DNA of 56,714 nt, filler included, from Trypethelium eluteriae (Eukaryota), in NCBI GenBank assembly GCA_051942245.1. It is 3 parts of 3 records of this genome, joined end to end, with 100 filler letters (N's around TTAATTAATTAA, not from the genome) between each part and the next. Parts side by side here need not be neighbours in the genome. Positions count along the whole stretch, not along the records: positions 18,956 to 37,806 come from JAVECL010000547.1; 2 more parts are not named here. The stretch is one strand, 5' to 3'. The notes below the pieces were generated by a model that saw only the letters and a list, made by a program, of their open reading frames with translations, ran no database searches and had not been told where the DNA came from. Positions 24,150 to 35,744 of this stretch are shown here, one piece after another (position 1 is the stretch's first letter; each line of letters begins with the position of its first letter). The position numbers were made by a program, and so were the translations under genes.

Positions 24150-26132
24150 ATGAGCTCCAGATGGAGACAGCTTGTCGTGGTGTCAGCTTTGTTACTTTCT
24201 GCTATTCTCTTTCTACGATTGCCATTCCAACTTGGTATTGTCTCTCCGCTAGATCCTGGGCCCAAATCTGATAGTGCAGTCCCTTCTCCCGCCAGTGACG
24301 ACAGCCTATCCGCGGAGAGCGAGCCAGTTGATCATCCAGATGGAGCGTTCGATTGGGCTGGCGTACCTCAGAGGTATCCTGTAGAATCCTTGGCTTCTCT
24401 TCCGTCGCCGCGCCCAAGAAGTATCCCAAAAATCCAAGCGACCTTTGTCCAGGAGTCCGCCCCCGAGCGTCAGTCAAGGTTAATGCGACTAAGCGCAGTG
24501 AAAACTAATTTTACGCACGCATGGGAGGGCTACAAGAAGCACGCGTGGTTGCGGGACGAGGTGAAGCCTTTATCAGGAGAAGCACAAGATCCATTTGGTG
24601 GATGGGCGGCGACCTTGGTAGACTCTCTAGGTATGTGGCGATTGCATTTTCTGGAAATAAAATACAACCCTAAAGCCTATCAGACACGCTTTGGATAATG
24701 GACCTACACGACGAGTTCAAAGAAGCTGTCAGTGCAGTGGAATCGATAGACTTCACAACTTGTTCTTTGGGCGAACTCAACGTCTTTGAAACGACCATCC
24801 GATACCTTGGTGGCTTTTTATCAGCATATGATCTCAGCGACGGACAATTTCCGGTCCTCCTTAGTAAAGCTAAGGAAATGGGCAATATGCTTTATAAAGC
24901 GTTCGATACCCCGAACCGCTTGCCCGTAACTCGATGGGATTTTAGGGCTGCCATTGAAGGGGTACAGCAAGAAGCACAAGAGTCTACGCTTGTTGCTGAG
25001 ATTGGATCTCTTACCTTGGAATGGACTCGGCTTAGCCAGCTCACCGGTGATACACGTTATTATGACGCCATTGCACTGATCATGGATATCTTTGAAGCTC
25101 AGCAAGCTCAAACCAAACTACCTGGATTATTCCCTGTTTTAGTCAATGCTAAGAACGCGAACTTTACTCAAGACTCTGGTTTCACTATTGGTGGCATGGC
25201 AGATTCACTGTACGAGTACTTTGGGAAGGTACGTGACCCTCTCAATTGAGGGCTTTGGATCGAGTGCACTAAGATATTGTAGCAACATCAGTTACTTGGT
25301 GGCGGTACTGAGCAATGTCGAAAACTCTACCAAAACGCAATGGTCGCTTTGCAGCGCAATATATTTTACAGACCCATGACAGCAGACAAACGAGATCTGT
25401 TAGTGCCTGGCCAAACTCGCAGCGATGGTACTATGCGAGCTGAGGACCTCAAAACCGAGCCGCAAGCTCAATATCTTGGTTGCTTCGCAGGAGGTATGGT
25501 GGCGCTTGGTTCCAAACTCTTCCAGAATGGAGCGGAGATGGAAATAGCGAAGCAGCTTGTTGAGGGTTGCCTTTGGGGCTACGAAGTTGCGCCTCTAGGA
25601 GTGATGCCGGAAATCATCCACACCGTCCCTTGTCCATCAGTCGGTCCGTGTGGATGGGATGAGCAGCGGTGGAAGTCTGCAGTTCAGGAATCTTACGGCG
25701 GCCCCGAGGATGTGAGGACAAAAATCACAGAACACCACCTCCCGAAAGGCTTCACGGAAGTGAACGACAAGAGATACATTCTTCGGTACGTACGATGATC
25801 ATCTGGTGCTAGAGAGGGCATAACTGACTTCCCACAGTCCCGAAGCTATAGAATCGATATTTGTCCTATACCGACTCACAGGTGACGCCAGCCTGAGGGA
25901 TCGAGCCTGGACTATGTTTAACAGCATTGTCAGCCTTACGCGAACATCAATTGCACATGCAGCTTTAGACGATTGTACCATCGAAAATCCTCCTAAAAGC
26001 GACCGCATGGAATCTTTCTGGACTGCAGAAACCCTTAAATACTTCTATCTGCTTTACTCAGAGCCAGACCTTGTCAGCATGGACGAATATGTCTTCAACA
26101 CCGAGGCTCATCCTCTAAAGCGGCCTCGTTGA
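24150..26132 (+). CDS. Glycoside hydrolase family 47 alpha-1,2-mannosidase (type II membrane)
   Basis: HAWEGYKKHAW..DEVKPLSG, FGGWAATLVDSL, VFETTIRYLGG, AEIGSLTLEW, GGMADSLYEY, LRPEAIES, MESFWTAETLKY, NTEAHP. Three introns (~24632-24683, ~25229-25281, ~25786-25837). Confidence 0.95.
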
Positions 26133-26810
26133 GAATCCAGCTTATCAGACAATAGTATACAAGATAGATTGAAGCTCCATAGCATTCGTCCTACCTCATA
26201 GTCTTGCGAGAAACGAGCATGTCACAGTTCACCTTTGAAACAAGTCGGATACCCTATAGCGGCTAGGTTGGCGAACTAGATTGGATAGCATTCAAAAAGC
26301 TAACAGGGTATTTCATTTTTGAGCATCTCCTTCGAGAATTTCCAATTCCATATGAAGCCAGGATCCTTGAAAGATCCAAGAAAACAGAAACAACAGCATT
26401 TGGCGTCTTCTCCGATATTATGATCATGGCGTGAGAAGGTAAGACCACGCCCGTAGGGTAAGAAGACATCCAACAGCCAATTTCGATCATAGAGACGAGG
26501 CAGCTCGGTTCTGTGGACGCGGCATTCATAGATATAGGAGTTTCTCTTACTTGTATTATAGTCATTTCCTATCCTAAAGAAGCTATTATTATACTGTGGT
26601 GGGTACCCTTGGCGCAAAACGACAAATCTCGTGTACGAAGAATCTAGACAACGCAATAAGACGCTGCAGAAATATACGTTTGGTATCCCGAACCCATCCT
26701 CAACCAGCACAAATACACCGTTCCAAGAGCGCTCCCAAGAAATCCGTCCCAAACCGTCTCCAAAACGTCCGTGCATGCCGCCTCTTTCCCCGAAACAGAA
26801 TCGATTCCTC

Positions 26811-28145
26811 CTAGGACGACCTCCCCTCCACCAACTCATCCACCATCTCGACCAACTCCTTCGGATCCGTAAACACATGCCACATCTCCCTAGACAAGCC
26901 CTGAAACGCCTTCTCAAACCGGGCATCCGCATTCTTCTCCGCCTCATCCATCCCCGCAATCCCCGTCACCTTCCGAATGAAGATCTTCTGGATCCAGCCG
27001 GGGAACTTCCGCGCGCTCTCGCCGTACGCCTCCGGGTCCTGCTGCGTGCTGTCGCCCAGACACACGACCTTGCGCTGGGGCAGCCAGGAGTGCAGCTTGA
27101 CGATGCGGTCGGCCTTGTACTCCTGCGTGCCGACGGTGAGGCTGCTGATCAGGCCGCCGAGGTTCTGCCACGAGGCGTCGCGCAGGATGATGGTGCCCTG
27201 CGGGTAGTACGTGTTGCGGAAGTCCTTGAGGAACGGGTACAGGTTGTAGGGGCTGGCGCTGAGGTAGAAGAAGGCGGGTTCCTGCAGGGCGGTCTTCATG
27301 TGGGCGTAGAGCGCCGGCATTCCCTCGACGGCTTGGGGCGTTGGCTCTGCGAAGGTAGTGTGCAGGATTCCGATGCGGGATGGCGTTTGCGTGATCTTGA
27401 TGGTGTCGTCGATGTCGCTGATGATGGCCCAGCCCTCGGGCTCGGCGAGCACGGTGGTGCTGGAGATGCCGGCTGTTGGGGGGACGATAGGGGAAGAGGC
27501 GAAGGGTTGAGAGGTAATTGGAGGTGGTTGGGGGTCGAAATGAAGGGGAAGTATTTGGGCTGAAATGCCTTGGTAGGAAGATGCTCCCAAAGTGTGCTCT
27601 TCAGTCTTGTGCACACTTATGCGAACAAGATGGTTGGGAAGGACGGTGTCGAGGAAAGGCTCAAGGCGATGGCTGATGAGGCTCATGGCGCCCTCGTCGT
27701 TACCATCAATATTTAGCTTTTCGGCAATAAAACCGACAAATTTAGACACATCCCTTCCGGAGTTCCTGATAAAGTACGCAGCGACGTATTCGGCATGCCA
27801 TGGGGCAGAGCCATTCGGAACAGAACCATCGGTCATGGAGGATCGAGTGGTTTTGGGATCGGCAAGCTTGAGCGACTTGCGCGCCTCTTCATCTTGAGGC
27901 AGCCGGAATGCTGTATTGTCAAGGAGCCAGACAGCATGATCTTCAGGATTGGCATCCTTGGGCTTTGAGCCAGGCCACTTAAAAGAGAAGCGATCCATTA
28001 GGTCCGGCATGGACTTCTTGAGATCTGAGGGCACTTCTGGAGAGAAGGGGGCATCTTTGTTAATCATAGGCCCATCTATAGCACTGACAGCCATCTGGTG
28101 ACTGGCATCCAGTGCTGCACTGCTAAGTTTGTTGAGTTCATCCAT
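26811..28145 (-). CDS. App1-family phosphatidate phosphatase (HAD-like)
   Basis: VWLLDNTAF, catalytic ISDIDDTIK (DxDxT), FYLSASPYNLY, GDSTQQDPEAY. Confidence 0.88.
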   Translation of the reverse strand: MDELNKLSSAALDASHQMAVSAIDGPMINKDAPFSPEVPSDLKKSMPDLMDRFSFKWPGSKPKDANPEDHAVWLLDNTAFRLPQDEEARKSLKLADPKTTRSSMTDGSVPNGSAPWHAEYVAAYFIRNSGRDVSKFVGFIAEKLNIDGNDEGAMSLISHRLEPFLDTVLPNHLVRISVHKTEEHTLGASSYQGISAQILPLHFDPQPPPITSQPFASSPIVPPTAGISSTTVLAEPEGWAIISDIDDTIKITQTPSRIGILHTTFAEPTPQAVEGMPALYAHMKTALQEPAFFYLSASPYNLYPFLKDFRNTYYPQGTIILRDASWQNLGGLISSLTVGTQEYKADRIVKLHSWLPQRKVVCLGDSTQQDPEAYGESARKFPGWIQKIFIRKVTGIAGMDEAEKNADARFEKAFQGLSREMWHVFTDPKELVEMVDELVEGRSS

Positions 28146-28999
28146 CGTGACTGGATGGGACAAAGGGGCTTGAGGATGGGTAGGATGATGTTGCAGTAAT
28201 ATGACAAAGACGATGCGCACGAGTTTTCAGAGATTTAAATGTTTGAGATGTAGTTCAGAGAGAAAGATGGCAATAAGCAGGTGACAAAAACCCTCGGTCA
28301 CTGCCTTGGGCTGAGGAGTGGAGGCAGGCACAGTTCTGGTGTCAGCTGTACCTCTCTGATCTGGTGCTCAAATACACAACCAAAGTTTCGCGTATCGTCT
28401 GCCCAAACAGCGCGTCGCAGTAATCGTGAAATGACAGATGCGCAACAGGGACGACTCTGTACTTACGGTCTGGCTTGTGGATTCTTGATCATTGTGTACT
28501 CCGTAGTCCAACAGCTATTGAAGGACGGGATACTAGGCGTACGGAGGAAGCGCATAATCGTGAGTGGCGCATCCTAATGCCAGCTGAGGCGTGCTGGTGG
28601 TACATGCTCTTAGGCAGATACCACATAATCGGGGTTAGGCTGATGAAGTACTCTACACCACGTGAGCCGTCGCTCGTCCAAGCCGCCAGTACTATTTTGA
28701 CGGCCTTCACTGCAGCACGTCGAATAGTTCCATCCGTATCTGAGGGATCTGACCTTTGCGTATAGTCCAGTAGAGATACCTACACTTGTCAGAAATAAGA
28801 ACCGCAAGAACCCAGCCTCATCAACTTTCAACAGGCTGTGAGCCCGTCGTCCACGCGTCTTACCTCTTGTTTACCTCTTCAGGTGCTACCTCCATCATGG
28901 CTTTATTACCTCGTATCTAGCGAGATATACAGACCTAAGACATTTACCACCTGGTATCTGGCGAGCTATTTAGACCCACGACCTCGATAACGTACACCC

Positions 29000-29112
29000 T
29001 CGAGACAACCATTCGTACGATCCTCCAGACAATTTTCCGGACAACCCTCCAGATAATCATCCAGACAACCATGCAGACAACCCTCTGGACAACCTACATC
29101 GTGCAGACAAGC
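29000..29112. repeat. Degenerate 12-bp minisatellite (CCAGACAACCCT-like)
   Basis: About 8 imperfect copies of (a/g)gacaac at mostly 12-bp spacing. Confidence 0.6.
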
Positions 29113-30360
29113 TTCCAATCCACCACCTTCGAAGCCATTTGATACATAGTGCAGGAAAAAGAACTTCACAAGCGATAGACATACATACAAACAAGATAAG
29201 AAGCTAAAAGCATACAAAGATAAGTAGGTAGATACACAGGTATCTATTCTTGCCTTCTGAAATACTCCCAAAAAAAAGTATACATAGATCTCACACTTTA
29301 TGGCTTCGTCTTGAGGGGAAGTGTTGAAGATCAACCTAAAGCCATCCAAGTTAGGTGCAGCGCAGCGGAGGCACCTACACTTATCCCCAAACCTAGATGG
29401 CTACATACACCATGAATTAAGAATCACAGGAATCCAACCTCATCAGCTTTCTACAACCTTTTTCAAAGATACCTAGGTAGAATCGTTACGGACTAGGAGG
29501 CACGCATTGTGAGGAAACAAGGCGAGCAACACGCGAGATCTTCTTGATAGTCTTGCGAATTGCAGGCAGTTGGTGGGAATTTGACAAGTTTAGGCTTTGA
29601 CACGAACCAGAAGAGTTTAGCAGAAGATGCTGCGCCAACCAACAGCTTACTCAGATATACTTTTGCACCAGTTCTCTTGTGGAAACAATTAAGCTTCGCT
29701 GGATGCCCGGGGTTCTCATCCCTCAATCAGGAAACACGGTGAGTACTGGGGACGCACCAGGCACATTCTCGCGGCGCATGTCTACGGTCGAGGAATATAC
29801 GCTCAAATGCTGGACAAGTGTGATGAATGCTCTCCACTGCTGACGACGTAGCTGCGCAAGTATTCGGTCCACCTCAGAGGACGAATTCAAAATTTCCTGG
29901 AGTGCATTCGAAACTGTCGTCAAGATTTTGATCGAGTTATCGATGTTCCGCACACTAATTTATCTCCTCACTTCGGCGGCTATGATGGACGAAAGCCTTC
30001 CCAGCAAACATAGCATTGATTGGATCATCACGCTCTTTGAAACATTGATTACTATGCCTCGTCTGGGTATGCCTAGAGCCCGCAATCATCGTATTTACCA
30101 GAAGAGGAAAAATGTTGAGATTCTCTTCGAGTGCGCTCAAGGTCCCCCCACACAGACGTGTTGCACAGTCATGAACCAAAATGTTAAACGAAACGAACTT
30201 TCCTAGTATCCACATTGGATTTTTTTGTTCAGGTCAAGACCCAATAAATAGCCCCTCAAAAAATATTTAAATTGATTGCTCTCCATAATCTTTCCACTTC
30301 CAAGACTCATCATCCTACCTTTCGCTCTTCGATCTGCTCAAACTGCAACTAGCCTTCAAC

Positions 30361-31953
30361 ATGAAGACTTCTCTCGCCCTATCTTCTCTCGTTCTGCTTT
30401 CACTGAGCCAACTTGCCACATTCGCAAGTGGATCTCCTCTTAACTCTTCGATCTCTCTGGTCCCTTCGGTCTCTGAAACGCCTTCGGCAACTCCGACATC
30501 TTGCTCCAATGGTGCTCGATTCACTGCGATCAACGGAGATGTCTATCAGGCCGAATGCAATGTAGATCATTCCGGTGGCGACCTCGCTCAAGTCTACGTC
30601 CCCACTTTTACGGACTGTTTGGAAGCATGTTCTCAACGGGACGAATGCATAGATGTCACTTATGAAGGCAGCATATGCTACATGAAGTATCTATCTCGCA
30701 CTAATCGCCAAGGTCTCTTGGGTGCGTTCCGCATCAACAAGTTTTTCCCAGGCAAGGGTGTTCCTGCAAAACGGGATGCCTATGCTCGAAACGTGTACCA
30801 TCTTCCGCTGTACCGTCTTCCGCGAACCACGACAACTCGAAACGTCACGGAGAGCCACGTGAAGACCCAATCTGAAACGTCCACCGTTGTGGCACGTCCT
30901 ACAACCAAGGCCCACTACGCGTTAACCAAGGTCACTCCTCCCGCGGTTCTCACCAGTACCGTGAGTCTAAAGATCGAACCCCGAGACCTGAAGACGGGAG
31001 CCCCCGCGCCACAGAGCCTTACCCATTTCAATAGCACTATTTTGTTACTTGGTAGTCCTATTGGTACTGTCGTGTCTGACAGTCTAGTGATCGGACCAAA
31101 ATCTGCTACTGTGGCTACTCTCGTGTCTGGCACTCTCGTGCTTGGATCAAAAACTACTACTGTGGATACAAAACCAGTGGCGGACGCCACCACGACCGTT
31201 ATTGTGACATTGCCTCGTTCGACAACCTCAAGCACTTTCCGGTCGACGCTCAGTCTCAGTGAGAGTAAGTCAGCAGCATCTACGCCGCAAACAACCTCAA
31301 GCACTTTCCGGTCGACGCTCAGTGAGAGTAAGCCAGCAAACAAGACGCTGATCCCGATTACCTCTGGCTATCTTCTCATGCCTGTGACCACAGTCACGTT
31401 ATCGAAGGCCAAGTCAACGTCGAAGGCCAGGTCAAAGCCTGCGGAGCTCGAGCCAAGACACACGAAGAGTACACTAGTGGCCCAGGTGATGACCCTCACT
31501 CAGCTTGTGAACAGCAAGCCCAAGACCAACTCTTCCTCTACGTCAGCTCACCCCCAGAGCGTGCAAAGAGCCCACGTTACGACCGTTACTTTCCTCGCGG
31601 GCAAAAACTCCACGACCAGCTCACACTCCTATCCTCCGTTTAGGCCCGCCAAGACTATCACAGCGGTTTCCACCACGAAGACGACCTCGACATCTCTCAA
31701 GAGGACGTTCACGACCATCACCTCGTCTCGCTCGCCCACGAGCACCACCACCAAATACCTGGTCTCTCGAGGCGCCGAGGTCCGCGGCAAATGCAAGTCA
31801 GCAGAGAGGGTCGGGGGCCACCCCCTTGAGACTGCGGATGGGGCGACTATCCTTGAAGTGCGCCCTTCGACTACGGTCACCGTGACGAGCGTGCCGCCGA
31901 ATCACGGCTTTGGGGGGGAGAGGTACAGGATTCACCATACCCCCACCGATTAA
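30361..31953 (+). CDS. Secreted Ser/Thr-rich protein with an N-terminal Apple/PAN-like Cys domain
   Basis: Signal peptide. Cys pattern C..ECNVDHSGGDL..CLEACSQRDECIDVTY..CYMK. Long mucin-like tail with a duplicated TTSSTFRSTLS (DNA copies at ~31222 and ~31291). Confidence 0.8.
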   Translation: MKTSLALSSLVLLSLSQLATFASGSPLNSSISLVPSVSETPSATPTSCSNGARFTAINGDVYQAECNVDHSGGDLAQVYVPTFTDCLEACSQRDECIDVTYEGSICYMKYLSRTNRQGLLGAFRINKFFPGKGVPAKRDAYARNVYHLPLYRLPRTTTTRNVTESHVKTQSETSTVVARPTTKAHYALTKVTPPAVLTSTVSLKIEPRDLKTGAPAPQSLTHFNSTILLLGSPIGTVVSDSLVIGPKSATVATLVSGTLVLGSKTTTVDTKPVADATTTVIVTLPRSTTSSTFRSTLSLSESKSAASTPQTTSSTFRSTLSESKPANKTLIPITSGYLLMPVTTVTLSKAKSTSKARSKPAELEPRHTKSTLVAQVMTLTQLVNSKPKTNSSSTSAHPQSVQRAHVTTVTFLAGKNSTTSSHSYPPFRPAKTITAVSTTKTTSTSLKRTFTTITSSRSPTSTTTKYLVSRGAEVRGKCKSAERVGGHPLETADGATILEVRPSTTVTVTSVPPNHGFGGERYRIHHTPTD

Positions 31954-32295
31954 TTAAACCGGTCTTCAGATGCCGGTAAGCTTCTGGGTGGGTTGAGTGG
32001 ATAGTTAGAATATGGAGCTTGAGGGTAGTAGGACTGAATTTCCGAACGTAAATGTAGACGTGCGTTTTTTCGAGGGCGGTGAGAAGTTTGGGAAAATGGT
32101 CGCCAAGCTCTCTTGAAGTGATGTTAGGCGAAGCTAGATATGTACAAATAATAGAGTCCGTGTTTCGTTCTAGTGCTCGGTCTCAGCATATTGCATATGG
32201 TAATGCCGAATTATTCAAAATTGGCTTACTGTTTCAAGACCATCTCACCTGTAACCCTTCCTAAGCGGATAATCGGACAGGTCACACTATCACTT

Positions 32296-33147
32296 CTATT
32301 TCCTGGCGAGGACAGCCCACATATGCATCCTCAATCCCCCATAATCCTCCGTCTCCCTCTCCACCGCCTTCCTCACCTCGCCCTCCCATTTCCCTTTCTC
32401 CTCTTCCGTATACCCCTCTCTCGCCTTCTCAAAGAACCCACCACTCATGAACTCCACCACCCCGTCCGCCGCCTCCCCATTGGCAAACAGGTCCTTCTGC
32501 ACAAGTTCCATCTTCGCTTCCTCAAATCCTGCCTTCGCCATCACCAACCGTAGATACGTATCTGAGTCCATCACAAATCGCCCCGAGTTTGGCTGCTGCA
32601 TCAGCGGGAGGTCAGGCCGTATAGCGCGCTGCACGGTGTGAATGATACCGGTGACGCCAAAGTGCTTCCACGTTGTCACGACGGCGACACCGTTGGGTTG
32701 CAGAGTGCGGTAGACCTCTTTCATCGCCTCGACGTCATCCTTGAAGGTGAAGATGCTGAAGTTTGTGATGGAGTGCGTGAAGGTGTTTTCTGGAAACTGC
32801 AAGTGGTGGGAGTCCATGACGGAGGCGGTGACGGTGGTCCAGGAGTTTTTGGTGATGTTGTCTCGGAAGGCGGTGATCATGTCAGGGACGGAATCCGTGC
32901 CGGAGATTTTGGGGGGCTGGGAGTTGGCTTGAGTGAGGATGACGCTGGAGGCTGTACCGGGACCTGAGGCATTGTCGTGGATGATGGAGGAGGATATGAT
33001 GGGAGGGTCAATATGGGGAAGCAGCTGGGCGAAATTGGTTCGAGTGGTGCCTCCGGTTTGGCGATCATAAATTTTGGAGAGTTGACTGAAATACTTGGGA
33101 AAATCGACGTTTCGCAATTTGTAATCTGGTTCTATGTGGGAAGCCAT
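32296..33147 (-). CDS. Class I SAM-dependent methyltransferase
   Basis: Motif I IHDNASGPG; ISGTDSVPDMI; MDSHHLQFPENTFTH; EVYRTLQPNGVAVVTTW. Confidence 0.88.
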   Translation of the reverse strand: MASHIEPDYKLRNVDFPKYFSQLSKIYDRQTGGTTRTNFAQLLPHIDPPIISSSIIHDNASGPGTASSVILTQANSQPPKISGTDSVPDMITAFRDNITKNSWTTVTASVMDSHHLQFPENTFTHSITNFSIFTFKDDVEAMKEVYRTLQPNGVAVVTTWKHFGVTGIIHTVQRAIRPDLPLMQQPNSGRFVMDSDTYLRLVMAKAGFEEAKMELVQKDLFANGEAADGVVEFMSGGFFEKAREGYTEEEKGKWEGEVRKAVERETEDYGGLRMHMWAVLARK

Positions 33148-33748
33148 TGTAGAAGAATCTAGGATCGTTCGAACCAAAGCACCGAGAGGATGAAATCGGA
33201 GGTGGTGGGGTTTGCTAAACTGGCGATAATAGATACCCAAATTCAATATGCTTTGTACTTCTGTTTGTGATGTCCAGGGGTGATGATTTGGAAATGAGTG
33301 ATACGTGGAATAAAACCCGATAGAAGAGCTACGTTGTCTGCGAGCTTGGCCGTGCCTCATTGACGGTTTCTCATTGCAGCCGACTGTACCTTAGGGGCCG
33401 CAGTCTTACAGACAGATTGGAAGGGAAAAAGTCAAGAAAGAAAGGAACACCTAAATCTCTAAGTTGATAACCTACAGAATTTACAGCCTAAGCAATCTGA
33501 ACCGTCTCCATTCGTTTTCCATCCGTCGTAAGCCGAAGGATGGAGTTGGTGTAGTTGCCCGTTCACGCCGGTCTTACCTAGAAGCATCATTTGCGGAGCG
33601 CTAGCCCTTCTCCGAGGTGACTTGGACAACCCCTTCTCAGGCAACCCTCAACTTGCTCCATAACGGCTACCTACATACTGCTTGTAGCCTGAAGCAGCGT
33701 TCATTCATTCAATTTTAGATCCTGTTCTCCCATTATCGGCTCAGCAGC

Positions 33749-34500
33749 ATGTACATAACACCCGAGCTGTTTGGGCAGGCACCAGCTCTTCCTGCTGACG
33801 ACTGTCATTACGCCTGCAATCAAGAGCAGCCAACGACAACCATGGGACTAGAAATTGAGCACCCAAATTTCGCCTTGGGAAAACGAAAAAGACAGGGAAA
33901 AAGTCAAGATACTAGGACCATCTCGTCTTCAAGGTAAACCTCGACTAGAACGAAGCTACAATCATTTCGGCACAGCTCTGACTTCAAAGTAGCTTCGTCT
34001 CCAAACAGACTTCAAATAGCCTTGGACCTGAAGTACGGCTTCTTTCAGGCTCCGAAAACACTTCCAGAGCGGGTGAGCTCCACTCATCACTCAGCTCGAC
34101 GAACCTCCCCCACGCCCGTCTCATGACCTCTATGCGAGATGACCCACCGCCTCACAAGGCTCGACGGAAAACCATAACGCCAAAAGCACTACGTACAAGT
34201 CACCAGAAGCCAGTCTGTGAAAACTACAGTCCTAGTCCATCACCTTCATCAAAAGGTGCAAGTACAATCGAAAAATGCCACCTCTGCAACAGACGGCCAA
34301 CTCAGAAGCAAGATCTGGATGCGTTTGCAGATTGTTTGCGGTGCAAAAAACGGACCTGTTTCATTTGTATTCGAGAATGTTCAGGGAGCTGTTGGGCAAG
34401 CAGGATCTGTAGCAACTGCTGTGTGGAAAAGGGGGAAGAAGGGGATACCTGGTGTTTTGAGTGTCTTGGTCAAAGTACCGACCATGAGATGCAAGGCTGA
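33749..34500 (+). CDS. Small hypothetical protein with a C-terminal Cys-rich putative Zn-binding domain
   Basis: Intron 33934-33992 joins the two ORFs in frame. C-terminus CHLC..DCLRC..CFIC..C..C..CSNC..CFEC; basic KRKR motif. Confidence 0.75.
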
Positions 34501-35744
34501 AGCATTGGAGAGAGACTGCAGGGTGATAATAATGGTTACCGCTTTGGTTCGGCACCGGCTAGAATTGCTGACTTCGATTGTGCATGGGCGGTAGCGGGAA
34601 GCCTGCACCGGCGTCGAGAGATATTGCACAGACAGTTTCCTGCGCTGACAACCATGACAATGAGGGGAATTGGAGAGCAATAGTGGCTCAAGTCTTTGGT
34701 TAGACACCAGTCTGGCATGCTTATGATTTCATACGAAAGCGAATGAGAGCACGCGATTGCTGATACCCTGTTGGCTGCATCTTCATTTTCTATCAGTATC
34801 GGCCGATTCATTCGGGTTCTTTTATTACCAGACATGGCATAGCGTAGGGTCTTCATAATCGTGCTGCAACCACCAAGTCTAAGTTTCGGGTCCGAGACAT
34901 AGTTCACCCATCTGCTTGTTCGTGCTGCATCTGCAAATCCTCCAAACCGGTGTCAATCGGCCTATGGAGCGCTTGTGTCACGCACCAACGTGGTCGGCGA
35001 CAAATTAATCTGACGTAGAAATCTGGCGAGCCAATGGCCCCTGTCTGTCAAAACAAGTTTGAGTCCCGGCGGCTTTGTCCTTCAGACGAGTCAGACCCTG
35101 GCGGCTGCGGGACCCTGGCGTGTCTTGGCCGGCTAAACCCGACCACCTCAACGCCAGACAATGGCCATCGCGGTCCGACACCTCACGCAACTAAATCCAG
35201 AATACCGCCAGAGCCCTGGATTTTTTCCAGAACCAGGAGCCAATCGAATGACGAACGCCAAGTCACTCTAACAGATAAGACATGTGCATCTTCGTTCAAG
35301 ATAGACGAGCCGGCGCGTCAATACGTCACTCTTCATAATTCTACGGCCCTTGTCCATACGAGAATGACGGGGGTTAGAGTCTTGGAAGGCGCTTGATTCA
35401 AGGGTTATGGCAGTGCCTGTCACGAGGTAGGAAATTAGGAATGGAGGATACAATAGGTGACTAAGGTAAAGTATCATTCATTGTCGTAGACTCAAGACGT
35501 CCTTCGCTCTTTCACAATTATTCGGTGTCAGGCTCGTGAGCACCGCAACCTTTGTTTGACTCTACTGTTTGAACAATAAAGACACCCGTTGGCCCCCCTT
35601 GTTGCTTTCCAAACATACTCAAACTCTCCCTGCTCTCATCACATCCCCGAATCTGCAAACTATTGTTAATCGACACTACCTCCTCTTCCTTAATTCCACC
35701 CGATCACCCAACCTTAGGTCTGTACCACATCTAGACGACACACC

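Noticed and set aside
26631..27563. 310-aa plus-strand ORF (and the 26300-26959 minus-strand ORF)
   Set aside because: Shadow ORFs of the GC3-rich App1-like gene; no recognisable protein features.
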